A stretch of 63,040 nt of DNA, the filler included, from Octopus bimaculoides (Eukaryota): the NCBI RefSeq assembly GCF_001194135.2. It is 5 parts of 5 records of this genome, joined end to end, with 100 filler letters (N's around TTAATTAATTAA, not from the genome) between each part and the next. Parts side by side here need not be neighbours in the genome. Positions count along the whole stretch, not along the records: positions 1 to 24,271 come from NC_068983.1; 4 more parts are not named here. The stretch is one strand, 5' to 3'. The position numbers were made by a program, and so were the translations under genes. Below are positions 1-15,043 of this stretch, piece after piece (position 1 is the stretch's first letter; every line of letters begins with the position of its first letter). The notes under the pieces were generated by a model, which was not told the DNA's origin, ran no database searches, and worked only from the letters and a program-made list of their open reading frames with translations.

Positions 1-50
<50 letters not shown>
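1..50. repeat. (AG)n microsatellite
   Basis: Directly visible. Confidence 0.95.
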
Positions 51-54
<4 letters not shown>

Positions 55-589
55 AAGTTAAAAAACAAAAACAAAAAAATAAAGGAAATGATGAGGTAGA
101 GAATGAGTGGGAATCGAAAGGGAAGAAATAAATTTCACTTAAATAAAGTGAATAAATAAATCATTAAATAAACACAGACAAAAGAAATGAGACGTCAGCA
201 ACAACTCTTCTCTTTAGTTTACAGTTAACTGCTCTCCGCGTCCTAATTTGAATGCTTCATAGTCAATCACAGCTTTTAAACACTTAAATAGCTGTGAACA
301 AACATAACAAAGCAATTAATTACCGTAACTTAATTAAATTCCAGTGTGATTTCAAAGGTAAATTTAATTATGGAAAATAGGTTCCTTTTGTTACGAAGGG
401 TTTTGTTGATTGATAAATGCTGTATGAAAACAATACGAGTTAACTAAAGGTTAACTAAAGTTTTAATAGAATATGTAACTCATGGACATCATCTGCCTGT
501 AAAATAACAGTTAAGCTACACAGTTAAGCTACACTATTAAGTTAGTGTTACGATGTTTAAAGTAGGGAGTATTAAAATGCTAGCTCCTC

Positions 590-681
590 CTTCTTCTTCT
601 TCTTCTTCTTCTTCTTCTTCTTCTTCTTCTTCTTCTTCTTCTTCTTCTTCTTCTTCTTCTTCTTCTTCTTCTTCTTCTTCT
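590..681. repeat. (TTC)n microsatellite
   Basis: Directly visible; explains the poly-Ser ORF 553..867. Confidence 0.95.
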
Positions 682-1188
682 ATTATAATGGTGCTACCAT
701 TGCAAAGTTATTTCGCTATGTTTATTGCGCTAATTCTTTCAGAGAGGAATGTCATCATTTCCGTTTGTAATAATTATCTTAAAGTCAAGAGAAAGATAGT
801 ATTCATAAAAAAACATCAGACAGGAAGTACTGGTTTCACTCTGTTTAACTTCACTGGTTATGAATGAAGAGACAAGTGAAACACATACATACACACATAC
901 ATACATGTGTATGTGTGTGTGAGAGAACTTGATTTCACGAGATAGACAAGAAATTAATGTATAACTAAACCAAACTAATAAAACAACTTAAAAAACAAAA
1001 AACTCTCTCACCAGATGAGATTGAGAAAAAAATACAAGAAAATAAAGAACATCGAACTGGACCTAAAACTTATGAAAAAGAAATTTCGCTAAGGGAACAC
1101 CTAGCAATAGAGAATATAAAATCTAATCCTAAGTTCTTTATTCACTTTGTTAAACAAAATTCAGCAACACATAACCAGGTTGGCTCTC

Positions 1189-1938
1189 GGATCATTCTGA
1201 ATTGACGGGCACCACTTGTTTTCTTAACGAAACACTTTCCAACTTGGGATACTGGTAGAATGTGTCATATAAAACATCTTTTTCTCTTAGCCTTCTTAAC
1301 AAAAATTTCTACATCGCGAGTTATTTCATGTTAAAGTTGTCGTATTTCTGTAATTTCAACCAATCACTGACGTCTATTCAGCTGAATACAGTTACTGCTG
1401 CTTTTGTAAACAATAATTTTTGCCCGTGTCAAGATCGTTATTCCATGTTAATTATATCGTTATTCCCTAGTAAGGGTTTAGGGTTTTAAGGTTAGGGTTC
1501 GGGTTTTAGAGTTAGGGTTAGGGTTAGGGTTAGAGTCATGAGTTAGGTTATGGCAAAAATAATCATAACCCTAACCCTAAAACCCTAAAGCTAAAACCAG
1601 TACAAACGCACGAACGATGTCATAAATAACAGTACCGCTGATAGTTGTTGTAGACAAACAACGGCACTAATTTTATTCAAGGGAAAAAATCCCATTACAC
1701 CGCTAGAATATGTTGTTTATATTTCATAGCAGTAACTGTTTTCACCGCAATAGACGTCAGTGATTGGTTGAAATTACCGAAATACGACAATCTTTTACAT
1801 GAAATAATTTCGAATACAAAAATGTTTATCTGTTCTATAACACAAAATATACAAGTATACGAAGTTTGAAAGTGTTTCGCTACCAAAAACACTAGATAAA
1901 ACAAATGAAAAATGGTGCCCGTCAATTCAGAAAGATCC
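1189..1938. mobile_element. 750-bp non-autonomous DNA transposon with long imperfect TIRs and 8-bp TSD (Merlin- or hAT-like), with an internal TTAGGG/CCCTAA core
   Basis: Ends GGATCattctgaattgacgggcacca ... tggtgcccgtcaattcagaaaGATCC. TSD TGGCTCTC at 1181-1188 and 1939-1946. Segment 1317-1430 is the reverse complement of ~1697-1812. Superfamily is inferred. Confidence 0.8.
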
Positions 1939-2144
1939 TGGCTCTCTAATGGATCAAAATGGATTATATTCCAATGATTCATCACAAATACGCGTACTCT
2001 CGAGTCAACATTATAACAGTGCATTTCCTCAACCTGTAGTTAACAAAATAGTACATAAACCAAACGAATTCTTTGATTCCCAGAACCCTACTGCAGAGAC
2101 ACATCTAAAAATTAAGGATATTATGGAAAATGATATGGCTGATC

Positions 2145-2265
2145 GTTAGCAAGGAGGGACACACATATAAGAAAGAAGAAAGCAAAGGACCACTGATGAG
2201 GTCATAGAAGTGTGACGAAAGAACTCTGGCCGAAATATGATTAATGTAATGTAATGTAATGTAAT
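2145..2265 (+). mobile_element. Short insertion with a hammerhead-like core and (TGTAA)n tail
   Basis: Interrupts the CR1 frame. CTGATGA-G-GTCA...TGAC-GAAA at 2193-2220; tail atgtaatgtaatgtaatgtaat. Confidence 0.55.
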
Positions 2266-3951
2266 ATAAAGCTGAAGCAAATTAACACCAGATATGCGTA
2301 TAATCATCTAGAGTCAAATTCAGCATCTGAACCGGATGGTCTCTTGGCCATACTGTTAAAAACGTACTGATCAGACTCATGATACCACCAAAGGATACTA
2401 TTTCAAAAGTCGCTTGATACTGACATATTTCCAGAACTGCTGAAAGACGCAATAATAACACCTATATATACAGGAGGTAAGAGGGCTGAAGCTAAAAGCT
2501 ACTGACCTGTTTCTCTGACATCTCACATATCGAAAGTTATCAAACGCATTGTTCGGTTCGAAAAAGAATAATCACATGTCTTGAGGAAAACGACCTCTTA
2601 GATGACACACAGCATGGTTTCCGGACTGGACGAAGTTGCCTGTCTCAACTATTACAGCGCCTTAACACTATTCTGAATAATCTCTTGAGATGAAAGGACA
2701 ATGATTGCGTATACCTTGATTTTGTTAAAGCGTTTGACAAGATTGATCATGGAATCAGCTATCATAAGTTAAAGGATCTGTATCACAGGAAAATTCAGAG
2801 AATGGCTCTTTGACTTTCTACGCGATATGAGTCAGTGTGTTACTGCAAATAGTTTTCTCTCTGTTAAGTCAGTTGTAATAAGTAGTATACCACAGGGAAC
2901 GGTTCTTATCAGGTATAAGAACACAAGTGCACTCGATAACTTAACGAATTACACCAATGGCGGAAAAATGCTGGTGGCTATCCAGAAGATACCGTCACAC
3001 TCCAAAATGAGCTCAACTTCATTTATCACTGGGCAGACAAAAAAAAAATACGAAACTTAATACATCAAAACTTCAGGTTTTTCTTTATGGAGGAATACAC
3101 ACAAGTCACAATATTTGACACCAGATAACACAACGATTCAGAGTGGTAATGACATACGCGACTTAGGGTAGTCATGTCAAATAATACATCTTTAGTCAGC
3201 CACATCACCAAACTGACCTCAAAATGCAGACGTCTCAGGATGGATCCTACGAACCTTCGTATCAAGAGAACCGATAGCTATGTTAACTCTATGGAAAACC
3301 CTAGCACTGAGCAGATTAGATTACTGCTCACAGCTTCGGCCTCCTAACTCATGCGTTCTCATAGAAGACATTGAATGGTTACAAACAACGTTCACTATAA
3401 AATATCTTTTGTTAAAAGCCTTAATTATTAGAATTACCTAAAAGCTCTGCATCTCTACTCACTTGGACGCCGAATAGAGAGAGAGAGAGAGAAAGAGAGA
3501 AAGAGAGATATATAATCATATGTATATGGAAAATCCTGGAGGGACATTTTCTAAACTTCGGCATTAAAGAGAACTTCAAAGCACGAATTAGCAGACACTG
3601 TCAGCTTCCAAATATACCACCTTGGAAATCACGAGCAAAAACATTCCATTGTACCAGTCTGATATTTAGAGGTCCTCAACTGTTCAACTGCTTACCTAAA
3701 GAAATAAGAAATATAAAAGGAGCCTCTACTGAAACATAAAGAGAAAAAATCATTGGATAAATTCCCAAAGGCGATACCGGTCCAGTCAACCATTCAAAGA
3801 TACACTCAGGAAAGATCAGCTGCCACAGACTCAAACATAGACCAACTTCCTGACATAAAACAACAACAAAACTGACAGAAAATAAGTAAACGCAGCGCGA
3901 CAGTATGGCTATAATCCTACGACTGAAACCATTAAAAGAATAACAAGTGTA

Positions 3952-3989
<38 letters not shown>

Positions 3990-5879
3990 TGTATAAGAAA
4001 TCGTTATGACCATGGGGAACAGCAAGAATCAAAATGGTGACATTCATATTCATTCTTCATACGTTCTGTGCTTTTATTGCTAACAATCAAATACTACCAC
4101 TGGCATCTCGAGTACCTTTAGTGTTGTCCATTCTGTTATTACATGGAAAAATGCGAGCATGAAAAGTAATATACTTAAGATTATAAACCTGGAAAAGTAC
4201 AGAACAAGTTATTACACCTGTAAAAGTATAGGACAAGCTATTACTTCTAGTAAAGTAAAGAATAAGAAACTTTTACTTAAAATATTGCAGCAAAGAATGC
4301 CAGTTCTAATTTATCACTCTTTACAGATCTCATCTTTTAAATTTATTGTACAAGACTGTTCAGCTAATTTGTAAGTTTGTCTAATTTTTAGCGTGTCGAG
4401 CGACCAGGTAGAGGCTCCTTCATTGGTTCGATTGCGTGATGAGATTTTTTTTACACATATGTGTAATATGTATATATATCATCGGCAGAAGTTCGAGAGT
4501 AAATCAAAAGCTGAGCACGAATTTGTCCAGTGTCACTCTGTAACTTCTGATGAGATAACTTCTAAAATACAAAATTTTGTCAAAAACTTTAAGAGTAAAC
4601 CCTGTTCTATGTGACACATTCTACCAGTATTGGAAATTTGAAAGTGCTTAGTTAACTCTTTTTCTACAAATTCTTATTCAATGTGACTAACGATTCTGAA
4701 TTCCTCATGCATTTTTCTATCATTTAAGCCTAAGAAAAGTATAATTTTATTTTAAAATTTAAAAAAATAATGTTAATTGAATATGAATACCTGCCTTACT
4801 GCCCACTTTGAGGTCTCATATTTTGATGTAACATTTTTTCTACTGAACCAAATCTCAAACTATTTATGCCAAAGTGTAGTTGAGGAGGTGTTCTCTTTAA
4901 AACTATTAACACTTTGCAGCTTAGTTGAGAACTGAATTAGTGGTGAAGCTTGGTAGCTGCTGCGATTGACGAGATGGTGGACTTAAGAATATATTCAACC
5001 ACTATCATGTTTGAATGATAATCAGCCAGGCCAAGTTTTTAGTCTGATAATACCTTCCTCCCTCCGTTCTATCATTTGTCAGAAGCCCTGTAAAATATTA
5101 TGAGCACTGGCTCACCTCATGACTAAAAGATAAATGTATAATATTATTAAGTTTTATTTCTAGATTTCTGGCCAATGGAGGAAGAATCGGTTTCTAACCT
5201 AAATTCAAGGCTCCTCCATTGGAATTTCAACAATATCAATAAGCTAGTTATGCATGGTTGTGTATGGGAACAAATATTTGAAGCCAGTGCATGTGCAAAT
5301 TTGTGTTTTACTTTACTTGTACGTCAAGACATTTGCATATGTACTTATATGCTACACTTGGGAAAGTTTTACTTATTTTGACTGTTCCATTTATGGCTTG
5401 TATCAGTAATCTTCTAATTAACTTCATCCTTTCTGATTTTGAGAACCCTTATTCCTCAAGATTGGTGCTAAGACACTATCCTAGTACCCCAATAATCTAG
5501 TATATATAAATCACAGTATGTGTGTGTATATTGACTAACGCATACATTTCCACAATTCTCAACCAATTTTCACCAAACTTTACACACACATTACTTATGC
5601 CCCAAGGATGGTCATGCACTATAACGAACAAACCGGAAAAAAAACAGTGGTTTACACGTTTTTTTTCTAATTCGTTGTATGTACATAGTTTTCTTTTTGT
5701 ATGTAGGGTCTTCCATACTTTTTAAATCTATATGGTCGTATATTGGCATGAGAGAATATTTTTTAGTGGTTTTCACATTTTTTAATTTATTATTTATTTA
5801 TATGTTGTAATAGTGTATTATTACTTGGTTAAAGAATATTATAAAAGTGAAAGGATTTTGTCTATTTATTTATTTATTT

Positions 5880-6600
5880 CGACTGTCCACCTGCAACGGT
5901 GATTAAATTGACTAGGAACGCTGTACACGATGAAAATCCATTACCAAACCATCTTAATCTCCATATTTAAACTGCATTAAACTTTAGCAAGCTTACCTTT
6001 ACCTATTCTGAGTTACTTGAAAGGTGATGTTCCCTTCCCTCTCTTCTATTTGTTGATACCTTTGTTTACCTACCAATGCGTTGTTTCACTTTAAGGATGC
6101 TTTTTTACTCATCCATTATGATATTTCGAATGCAACATCTTTTCACTGTGAACTGCTAAAGATTCAAAGCAGTATTCGTGAACTGAAGTCAAACTCTTCA
6201 TGTCTTCATTTTTCATTACCTGAAGTCAATTCAGAGTGGTCTATACTGTATGCACGTAGCAAATATATTCTTTTAACTCTAATTTTTTAAGTAGGTATTA
6301 TATTGTCATTTTTTAATGTACCAACCATACTTCTCTCTGAAAAAATAGCTCCCTTTGCTGTTGAATAGAATATACTCACTGAGGGGAAGTTTCAACGTCT
6401 TCCTTCAATTTCCTTACACCATTTATGTGGCTGCTTCTGATAAGAAATTTCGCTTTCATGTAAAACAACTATATTTTGTAGTCATTATCCGTAATCTCCT
6501 CTCCAAACATTTCAGTGCATTGTTTGCAAACTTATACGTTCTATGATCATTAAAGTGCGACGACTTCCACAATAACCAGCCTTCAATTTGGTTCTCTGTT
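5880..6600 (-). mobile_element. Possible highly decayed DNA transposase fragment (hAT-like)
   Basis: Weak resemblance only of minus-strand translations (SRTL, DHRTYKF, CFT/LFYM region) to Charlie-type hAT motifs. Confidence 0.2.
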
Positions 6601-6719
6601 CCTAGGTTAATCGGAAACAGATTGCCGTGCTACTCATAAACCTCGGTAGTTCAATTATTTGGTAAAAAAAAAAAAAACCCAAAGCAACTTAAACCATCTA
6701 AAGGATGGGTGAGTTTGCT

Positions 6720-6941
6720 AGTTACGGATTTAAATCTGAACTTGTGGAATAGCTATAAATTTCTCAATAGTTCAGTGTAGGCGTTTTCTTTTTCGTAAAT
6801 CTTTAGCTTTATGGTGACATCCGTTGGGCAATTGATTTCCACTACTGTACATAGTTTCTCTTCACTGTCCAAATGCACTATGTTTGATCTATTATGTTTA
6901 CATCTTACTGAGGTTTCCACTGGGACATTCCAGCAATACAC
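6720..6941 (-). mobile_element. R4/Dong-clade LINE fragment, REL endonuclease region
   Basis: WNVPVETSVRCKHNRSNIVHLDSEEKLCTVVEINCPTDVTIKLKIYEKENAYTELLRNL; the same family as 10150-10340. Confidence 0.75.
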
Positions 6942-6944
6942 TTT

Positions 6945-8140
6945 TGAGTGGTTATGGTCTCTGTGACAGTATGGGTTCTTACCTAATCTATCCGTAAATA
7001 CTGTTAGAAATATTTTTTTAATTTCTCATTGGTTTTTGTACCTAAATTATTTTCCCTTTGTATCAGTCATCAGTTAACCTTCTGCATTAAATTTCAGGAA
7101 TTAACTCATCTAATTTTCCTATTTAACAATGGAATGGAGTGTCAAAGAAAACCGTATAACTGTTGCTGGTCTTCACAAGGCAGATCACGATGCGTCTACC
7201 ATTTTCAAACTGCTTGAACCGCTTGGAATTTGCAGAATATTTGTGTGTATCGCACCACAAAGAGGTTCGCAGAACATCAGACTATGGATGACATTCCAAC
7301 AGAAGGCTGTCCTCGCAAGAAGGTCAAAGCTGTTGGAGCCAGAATTCGAAGGAATCCTTCGAGGAAGCAAAAAATCATGGCTAGAGAGATGGAAGTTTCA
7401 CCCAGATCAGTGTCTAGGTTAATCAGGGAAGATCTAGAGATGCGTGCTTATCATCGATGTATAGGACACATGTTAACTCTTTCATTGAACGCGATCAGAG
7501 TGACAAGATCCAAACAGCTTCTTCTCCGGTACGCAGGCAGTGCTCATAGAAACATCCTCTTTACAAATGCCAAAATGACAGGGTGTATGCCTAGACCTCT
7601 AAGGAAGCTTCTGAGGTTGCTCACAACGTTCAAAGAGACCATCACCCTGCTTCAGTCATGATTTAGTGGGATGTATCTTACGAAGGGGTGACTGAGCTTC
7701 ATTTATGTGATAAAAGGATGAAAACCACGGCTCGTGTGTACATCAGGTAAAGTTAAGAGTCTTAACAAATCCTTGTTCAATGGTAAAAAAAATGGAGCTT
7801 CCAGCAGGACTCAGCTCCAGCCCACAATGCCAAAGTTACTCAGGAATCACTGTCACAGAATGTTCCTGACTTCTTCAGGGCGGCGGATTGGCTTTCTGAG
7901 AGTCCAGATTTGAATCCTCTGGATTATAAACTGCTAAGCCACACAAAAATGTGGATTTTCTTAAGTGTGCTTTTGTCGCTGCAATGACTGATTTTCCAAT
8001 TAATATTGTGCATACTGCAATAGATGAATAGCCTGAACGTTTGAAGCGTTGTATCAACAACAGGGGGGGGGGGTCGTCATTTGAATAAATTTTGTATATT
8101 TTTGTTCAGCCCACAAATAAATGTTTAAAGTTTCATTTGA
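6945..8140 (+). mobile_element. Degraded Tc1/mariner-superfamily transposon (maT/DD37D-like)
   Basis: MEWSVKENRITVAGLHKA, ARIRRNPSRKQKIMAREMEVSPRSVSRLIREDL, FQQDSAPAHNAK and SESPDLNPLDY motifs with frameshifts. Boundaries approximate. Confidence 0.8.
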
Positions 8141-8199
8141 ATGCGATCAGTAATTATCCTGTTGGATCCACGATGGACTGATTTAATTATCACTGTTGC

Positions 8200-8493
8200 T
8201 GTTATACTAGAGTTTTTGCTACATATCCATGCATGTTCTTCTGCTGATATACACTCATCCTTTCATCTGACGATATGTGACGTTAGTATGCGTGCAATGC
8301 ATGTATTTCTGTCTCTGCTGTATTTCATAATTTAAATTCCTCTGAAGAAGGAGCTGATTTCTAACAAAGATATAAGCTCCATCTTTGAATGTAGATAACA
8401 AAAACAATGTCACATTTTGAACCTGAAAAAAGTCTTGAATAGTTTCACTGTTCCGCTTATAGATTGTATTTGTAATGTGCGAATTAGTTGGTA

Positions 8494-8567
<74 letters not shown>

Positions 8568-8760
8568 ACTCTTCTATTTTTTAATTATTATAAATCTTCC
8601 ACTGAGGAAGGAACCAGTTTCCAACAAAAATACAAGGCTCCGTCTTTGGGATGTAGTTAACACAGACAAATTCACATTTGGAACTTGAGAAAAGTCTGGC
8701 ATATTTTAACTGTTCCACGCACAGATTGAACGTGTAATATATGAATTAGCCGGTCAGTTT
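8200..8760. repeat. Two related copies (8335-8470, 8595-8750) of an interspersed repeat separated by (GT)n; a third short copy lies at ~5170-5225
   Basis: Shared core agga(a)gga-c-gg/agtttc-aacaaa...aggctcc. Family not identified. Confidence 0.5.
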
Positions 8761-8799
8761 CTCTTTCTCATACATGCACATAAGTAACTTTTAAAATGC

Positions 8800-10481
8800 C
8801 GAGGAAGAGAAAGAAAGGTGGGTGAAAGGAATATGTATTATCACTGATAGAATACAGTATCGTAAAGGCGTATTCCAAGGAGACAACCTCTCTGTGATGT
8901 TGTTTATACTTTCCGTAAACCCCTTGTCATTCTTGTTAAGGAAATCTGAAAGATATCTTACTGGTTCACAAGGAAACATAAATACCAAAATTACACACTG
9001 TTTCTTTGTAGATGATTTAAAACTTTATGCAAAGAATATGCATGAGACGAAAAAGAGCCTTGATCTAGTTACAACATTCTCAAAGGATGTAGGGTTGGAG
9101 TTTGGTCAGGATAATAGTTGTAATATGGTGGTGACCAGACTAGTAACATCTCCATTAATGATTTGACTGTTTCTCCTATATCTGATGAGGAATGTTACAG
9201 GTATCTAAGGGTGGATGAAAACATATCTTACAATGGCACCTGTAACAAAACACGTATCACTAAAGAATATTACAGCTGAATAAAGAACATTTGGACCTCA
9301 GAACTCTCTGCATTCAATAAGACAGTGGTCCACAATGTATTTGCAGTGCCAGTTCTCATACCAACATTTGGGCTGCTTGATTGGATGCTTGATGAGATCC
9401 GAGCCAGTGATGTGAAAACCTGAAAAATACTAACAAGCACACATAATTTCCACATCAAGAGTGATGTAGACTGATTCTACCTAAAAAGAAAACAAGGTGG
9501 CAGAGGGTTAACCTCAATCCAAAATGCCTTTGAATGTCGTATCATATCCCTTCGGCAACATCTTTTAACCACCAAGTGTTGAAGTGCATCCCTTGACTAA
9601 GTTTGCATACCTGAGGCTGATAACGTCATAAGACTTAGAAGGCAGTTCCTTGAGCAAAATCCCTTGGCTGATAACCTAGAACAAGCCCAAAGAAGTCGTA
9701 CGACTCTACCGCAACGTATCATCAAATGAAAGATGAACCTATATCAGCGGAAGACATATTAGTAGAAAGCTTGGAGATGATAGTAACGTTGATCATCAAA
9801 GCAGTCTATCATGGACCAATAGCCAGGTTACTACTTCCCACTTTGATGGGTATGTGTTTGCAATCCAGGAACAGGAAATATTAGCAAAATACCTGATGCA
9901 CAAAAGGGATAGAGATGCAGAAAAAGCAGTAAAATGTGACAACCGATGAAGACTTTGTGGAGTTAACAACAAAGATATCACCCACATCATAAGCATTTGT
10001 CCGAAAATGTCATCACAGTATTATCTACCTATGATACATGATGTTGTAGTTAGGACACTCTATAAAGAAATCCATCGGAAGGATAACCCCAAGAAGAAAA
10101 AATAAGAACCCACAGTAAGGTAGGAGATCCATAACCACTCATGATAAAAAGGAGTACTGGTGGAATGTCCCAGTGAAAACCTTAATAAAATGAAAGCACA
10201 ACAGACCTAGAACAATGATTTGAAATAGAGAAGAGAAGCTGTGTCAAGTTGTGGAAATGAGCTGCCCAGCGGATGTTAACATAAAGCTGAGGATCCGTGA
10301 AAAAGAAAACACCTATTCTGAACTATTGAGAAATCTGCAGTTACTCTATGCAGATTGCAAGTTCAGGTTTATACCTTTAATTATTGGAGCACTGGGATAT
10401 GTAACACTGCCTCAATACCAATCTTGAGAAATTAGGCTTCTCAAAACCAGGAAGGAGAAAGCTAATCCGAAGACTACAGAT
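8800..10481 (+). mobile_element. 5'-truncated R4/Dong-clade non-LTR retrotransposon (RT, CCHC knuckle, REL), ending in (CTA)n
   Basis: KGVFQGDNLSVMLF, HCFFVDDLKLYA, FSKDVGLEFGQD, GGRGL, FAIQEQEI, HIISICPKM and VVEMSCPADVN...KENTYSELLRNL, with multiple stops. Confidence 0.85.
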
Positions 10482-12445
<1,964 letters not shown>

Positions 12446-12673
12446 TAGTAAAGGTGTGATTTAGTGATTCAGCCACTGACTCTGAATCCAGTTCCAGTAC
12501 AGTGTTATATTACTGAAGTGGGATGAACAACTAAATCAGGCAACTTCGTTCAGAGTCTTGGGTAAAAGAGATTTCTTCGGAAATAGGCCGAGCATGAATT
12601 TTAGAGATGAGGAAGTACAAGACTGAAACGGTCTCTCTGTCTCTCTCCCTATCTCTCTCTCTCCCTATCTCTT

Positions 12674-12713
<40 letters not shown>

Positions 12714-12920
12714 CCGCGCATACACACATGTATATACACTCCACAAACACAAAAACATGGAGCATACATAGACACATATCTACAGAAATAGACACATAAG
12801 GAGGTGCAGTAAATGAAGGTGATGTAAAAATGTATATGTACGACTTGAGATGAAAATGAAAATGAACTTGTAAGCGACGATTTATGCTCCGTTATATAAT
12901 ACAATGAATGTCATACTCTT

Positions 12921-13322
12921 TTACTCTTTTACTCTTTTACTTGTTTCAGTCATTTGACTGCGGCCATGCTGGAGCACCGCCTTTAGTCGAGAAATTCGAC
13001 CCCAGGACTTATTCTTTGTAAGCCTAGTACTTATTCTATCGGTCTCTTTTTGCCGAACTGTTAAGTTACGGGGACGTAAACACACCAGCATCGGTTGTCA
13101 AGCGATGTGTGGGGGGGACAAACACAGACACGCAAACACACATACATACATATATATACATATATACGACGGGCTTCTTTCAGTTTCCATCTACCGAATC
13201 CACTCAAGGCTTTGGTCGGCCCGAGGCTGTAGTAGAAGACACTTGCCCAAGGTGCCACGCAGTGGGACTGAACCCGGAACCATGTGGTTGATAAGAAAGC
13301 TACTTACCACACAGCCACTCCT
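12921..13322 (-). mobile_element. tRNA-derived SINE (Octopus OK/OR-like), near full length
   Basis: Minus-strand head aggagtggctgtgtggtaagtagc...ccgggttcagtcccactgcgtggc with A/B-box-like motifs and a (aagagta)n tail. Further copies at 17446-17580(+), 27595-27710(+), 38285-38926(-), 39388-39480(+) and 39590-39770(-). Confidence 0.8.
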
Positions 13323-13325
13323 AAC

Positions 13326-13810
13326 ATAGCAGGTTACAACAAAGATGTGTGAGAGACTTCGTGGTTAGGCTGGACTGTGTTTCTTGTAGACAAAGTTGAC
13401 GTACTGATGGTGGTGTGTAGAGGCAGCCGTTGGTCTGTTGGTCGTGTGGTGTTCATACAGCAACGATGTAGGCAGGCGTCTGGTGGAGATGAAAGCGGAG
13501 GCTGGCTGGTGTCTGATACATCTTTGTCAGAGACGAGTTGCGTGTTGTCAGTGGCGCGTGCCAAAGACCTCGAGACGAGGAGATGCTGGGTTTTTATAAG
13601 GAGTTGTAGGCTCAAAGCTAGGTTGAGAACAGGCTGTCACACGTGATTTTATTTAGAGGCTCCGATTGGCTATACGCTGCAAATTGGCGCGACCGAGTAA
13701 GAGACAAATTGCGCCAATACCAATTACGGAAAGGAATGCGTGTTCTAAGTCGAGTCGCCAATTTGTAACGATCGTGCGAAGCGAAGTGATGAGAATGACT
13801 CCTTAGTACA
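13326..13810 (-). mobile_element. Partial solo LTR related to 20530-21425
   Basis: Starts TG on the minus strand (plus ...ttagtaca). Shares gagacaaa(t/a)tgcgccaatacca with ~21330-21350, and has CCAAT and TATA-like motifs on the minus strand. Confidence 0.5.
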
Positions 13811-13849
13811 TCACACTATTAACTTTGGATATCCTTGTTGCTTGATTTG

Positions 13850-13894
<45 letters not shown>

Positions 13895-13904
13895 NNNNNN
13901 NNNN

Positions 13905-13938
<34 letters not shown>

Positions 13939-13939
13939 T

Positions 13940-14223
13940 ATAGTAGGGTCAGTTGGGTACCGTCTGTGAGAAAAACCGCACCATGACGCAATTCACTCTT
14001 GCCAGAAACTTGGAAACGATATGCTTGGCATTCACGCTGGAACATTTCAGAGTGTTTGGGTGTCAATCTGAGGACAGTGCAATCTGAGGACATGTACCGA
14101 GAGTGAAAAAAATTAAGCATCTAGTCAACATCATGATGTCTGGAGGGATCACTAATGATGGCGACGTTATGCCTGCATTCATCTTCCCATGCAGCCTCAG
14201 ACATTCATCTTCCCACACGGCCT
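13940..14223 (+). mobile_element. Internally deleted mariner-like copy of the 20228-22530 family
   Basis: tagtagggtcagttg...accgtctgtgagaaaa matches the reverse complement of 22480-22520; a KHLVNIMMSGGITNDGDVMP fragment follows. Confidence 0.75.
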
Positions 14224-15043
14224 CCTCCTTCAGTCACACCACCTGTCGGCTATGAGAGTAAAAGGTAGGGGGTTATCCCCTGCTATGGTCAGCAATCAGT
14301 TTCCATCCGTGGTGTAATTATCGCTAATACCACTATTATCGCTGTTATGCGGTTCCCAAAACGCCTACAGGAATCTCCTGAAATGCAAGCACGGCCCGAA
14401 AATCTCCGTTCTGGAGTTCAATATGGAGTTCAGGGTTTCCATGCGTTCGGTTACGCATAGCATGCAGCGTTTCCTTCCATTTTTGTACGGTGGGGGATTT
14501 TCCATGATATTGAGTATGGTATTCCATCTTATTTCAGTTGCCAGATATAGCTTGCCAGCGATGTTACATATCTCTTTCCCGGGATCCCGAAGGAGGATCT
14601 ATGGTTGGAAAGACGTTTCTTAAAGGAAGTTCTCGCGCATCCAATGTATTTCCTTGGATGCGTGGAGTCGGTGTCATGCCTACTATTGCTGTTGTTGCTA
14701 CTGCTACCGCTGCTGCTGTCGGTGCTGCTGTTATTGCTGTTGTTGTTGCTGTTGCGGTTATAGTTGTCGATGTTGCTGCCGACGGTGCTGCTGTTGTTGC
14801 TGCTGCTGGTGCTACCGATGGTGTTGATTTCAGCGGTACTGGAGCTGGGGCTGTTGGTGGTGGTGGTTGTGCCGGTAGTGTGTTGCTGGTGGTGCACTGA
14901 CCCCACGCATCCAAGGAAATACATTGGATGCGCAGGAACTTTCCAATAATTACACCACAGCTGGAAATTGATTACTGATGAGAGTAGGGGATAACCTCCT
15001 ACATTTTATCCTCATAACCGACAAGTAGCGTGACTGAAGGAGG
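14224..15043 (-). mobile_element. Penelope-like element remnant: GIY-YIG endonuclease C-terminus flanked by nested inverted repeats
   Basis: KYIGCARTSFKKRLSNHRSSF...TSLASYIWQLK*DGIPYSISWKI...YKNGRKRCMLCVTE...ILNSRTE. Inverted repeats 14224-14321/14946-15043 and ~14623-14670/~14893-14939. Confidence 0.8.

Larger units (their letters stand above)
1000..3940 (+). mobile_element. Degraded CR1-clade LINE ORF2 (reverse transcriptase), interrupted by two insertions
   Basis: Broken frames give NIKSNPKFF, PVSLTSHISKVIKR, QHGFRTGRSCLSQLL, YLDFVKAFDKIDHG, SSIPQGTVL, RDLRVVMSNN and RLDYCSQL. The reading resumes across 1189-1938 and ~2145-2265. Confidence 0.8.

Noticed and set aside
8335-8640. CTGAAGA/CTGAGGA followed by a GGAGC...GCTCC stem
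   Set aside because: No GAAA after the stem in either copy, so not called a hammerhead.
12530-12630. SFRVLGKRDFFGNRPSM reading, resembling a neuropeptide cleavage site or cNMP motif
   Set aside because: Single short match with no start, signal peptide or splice support.
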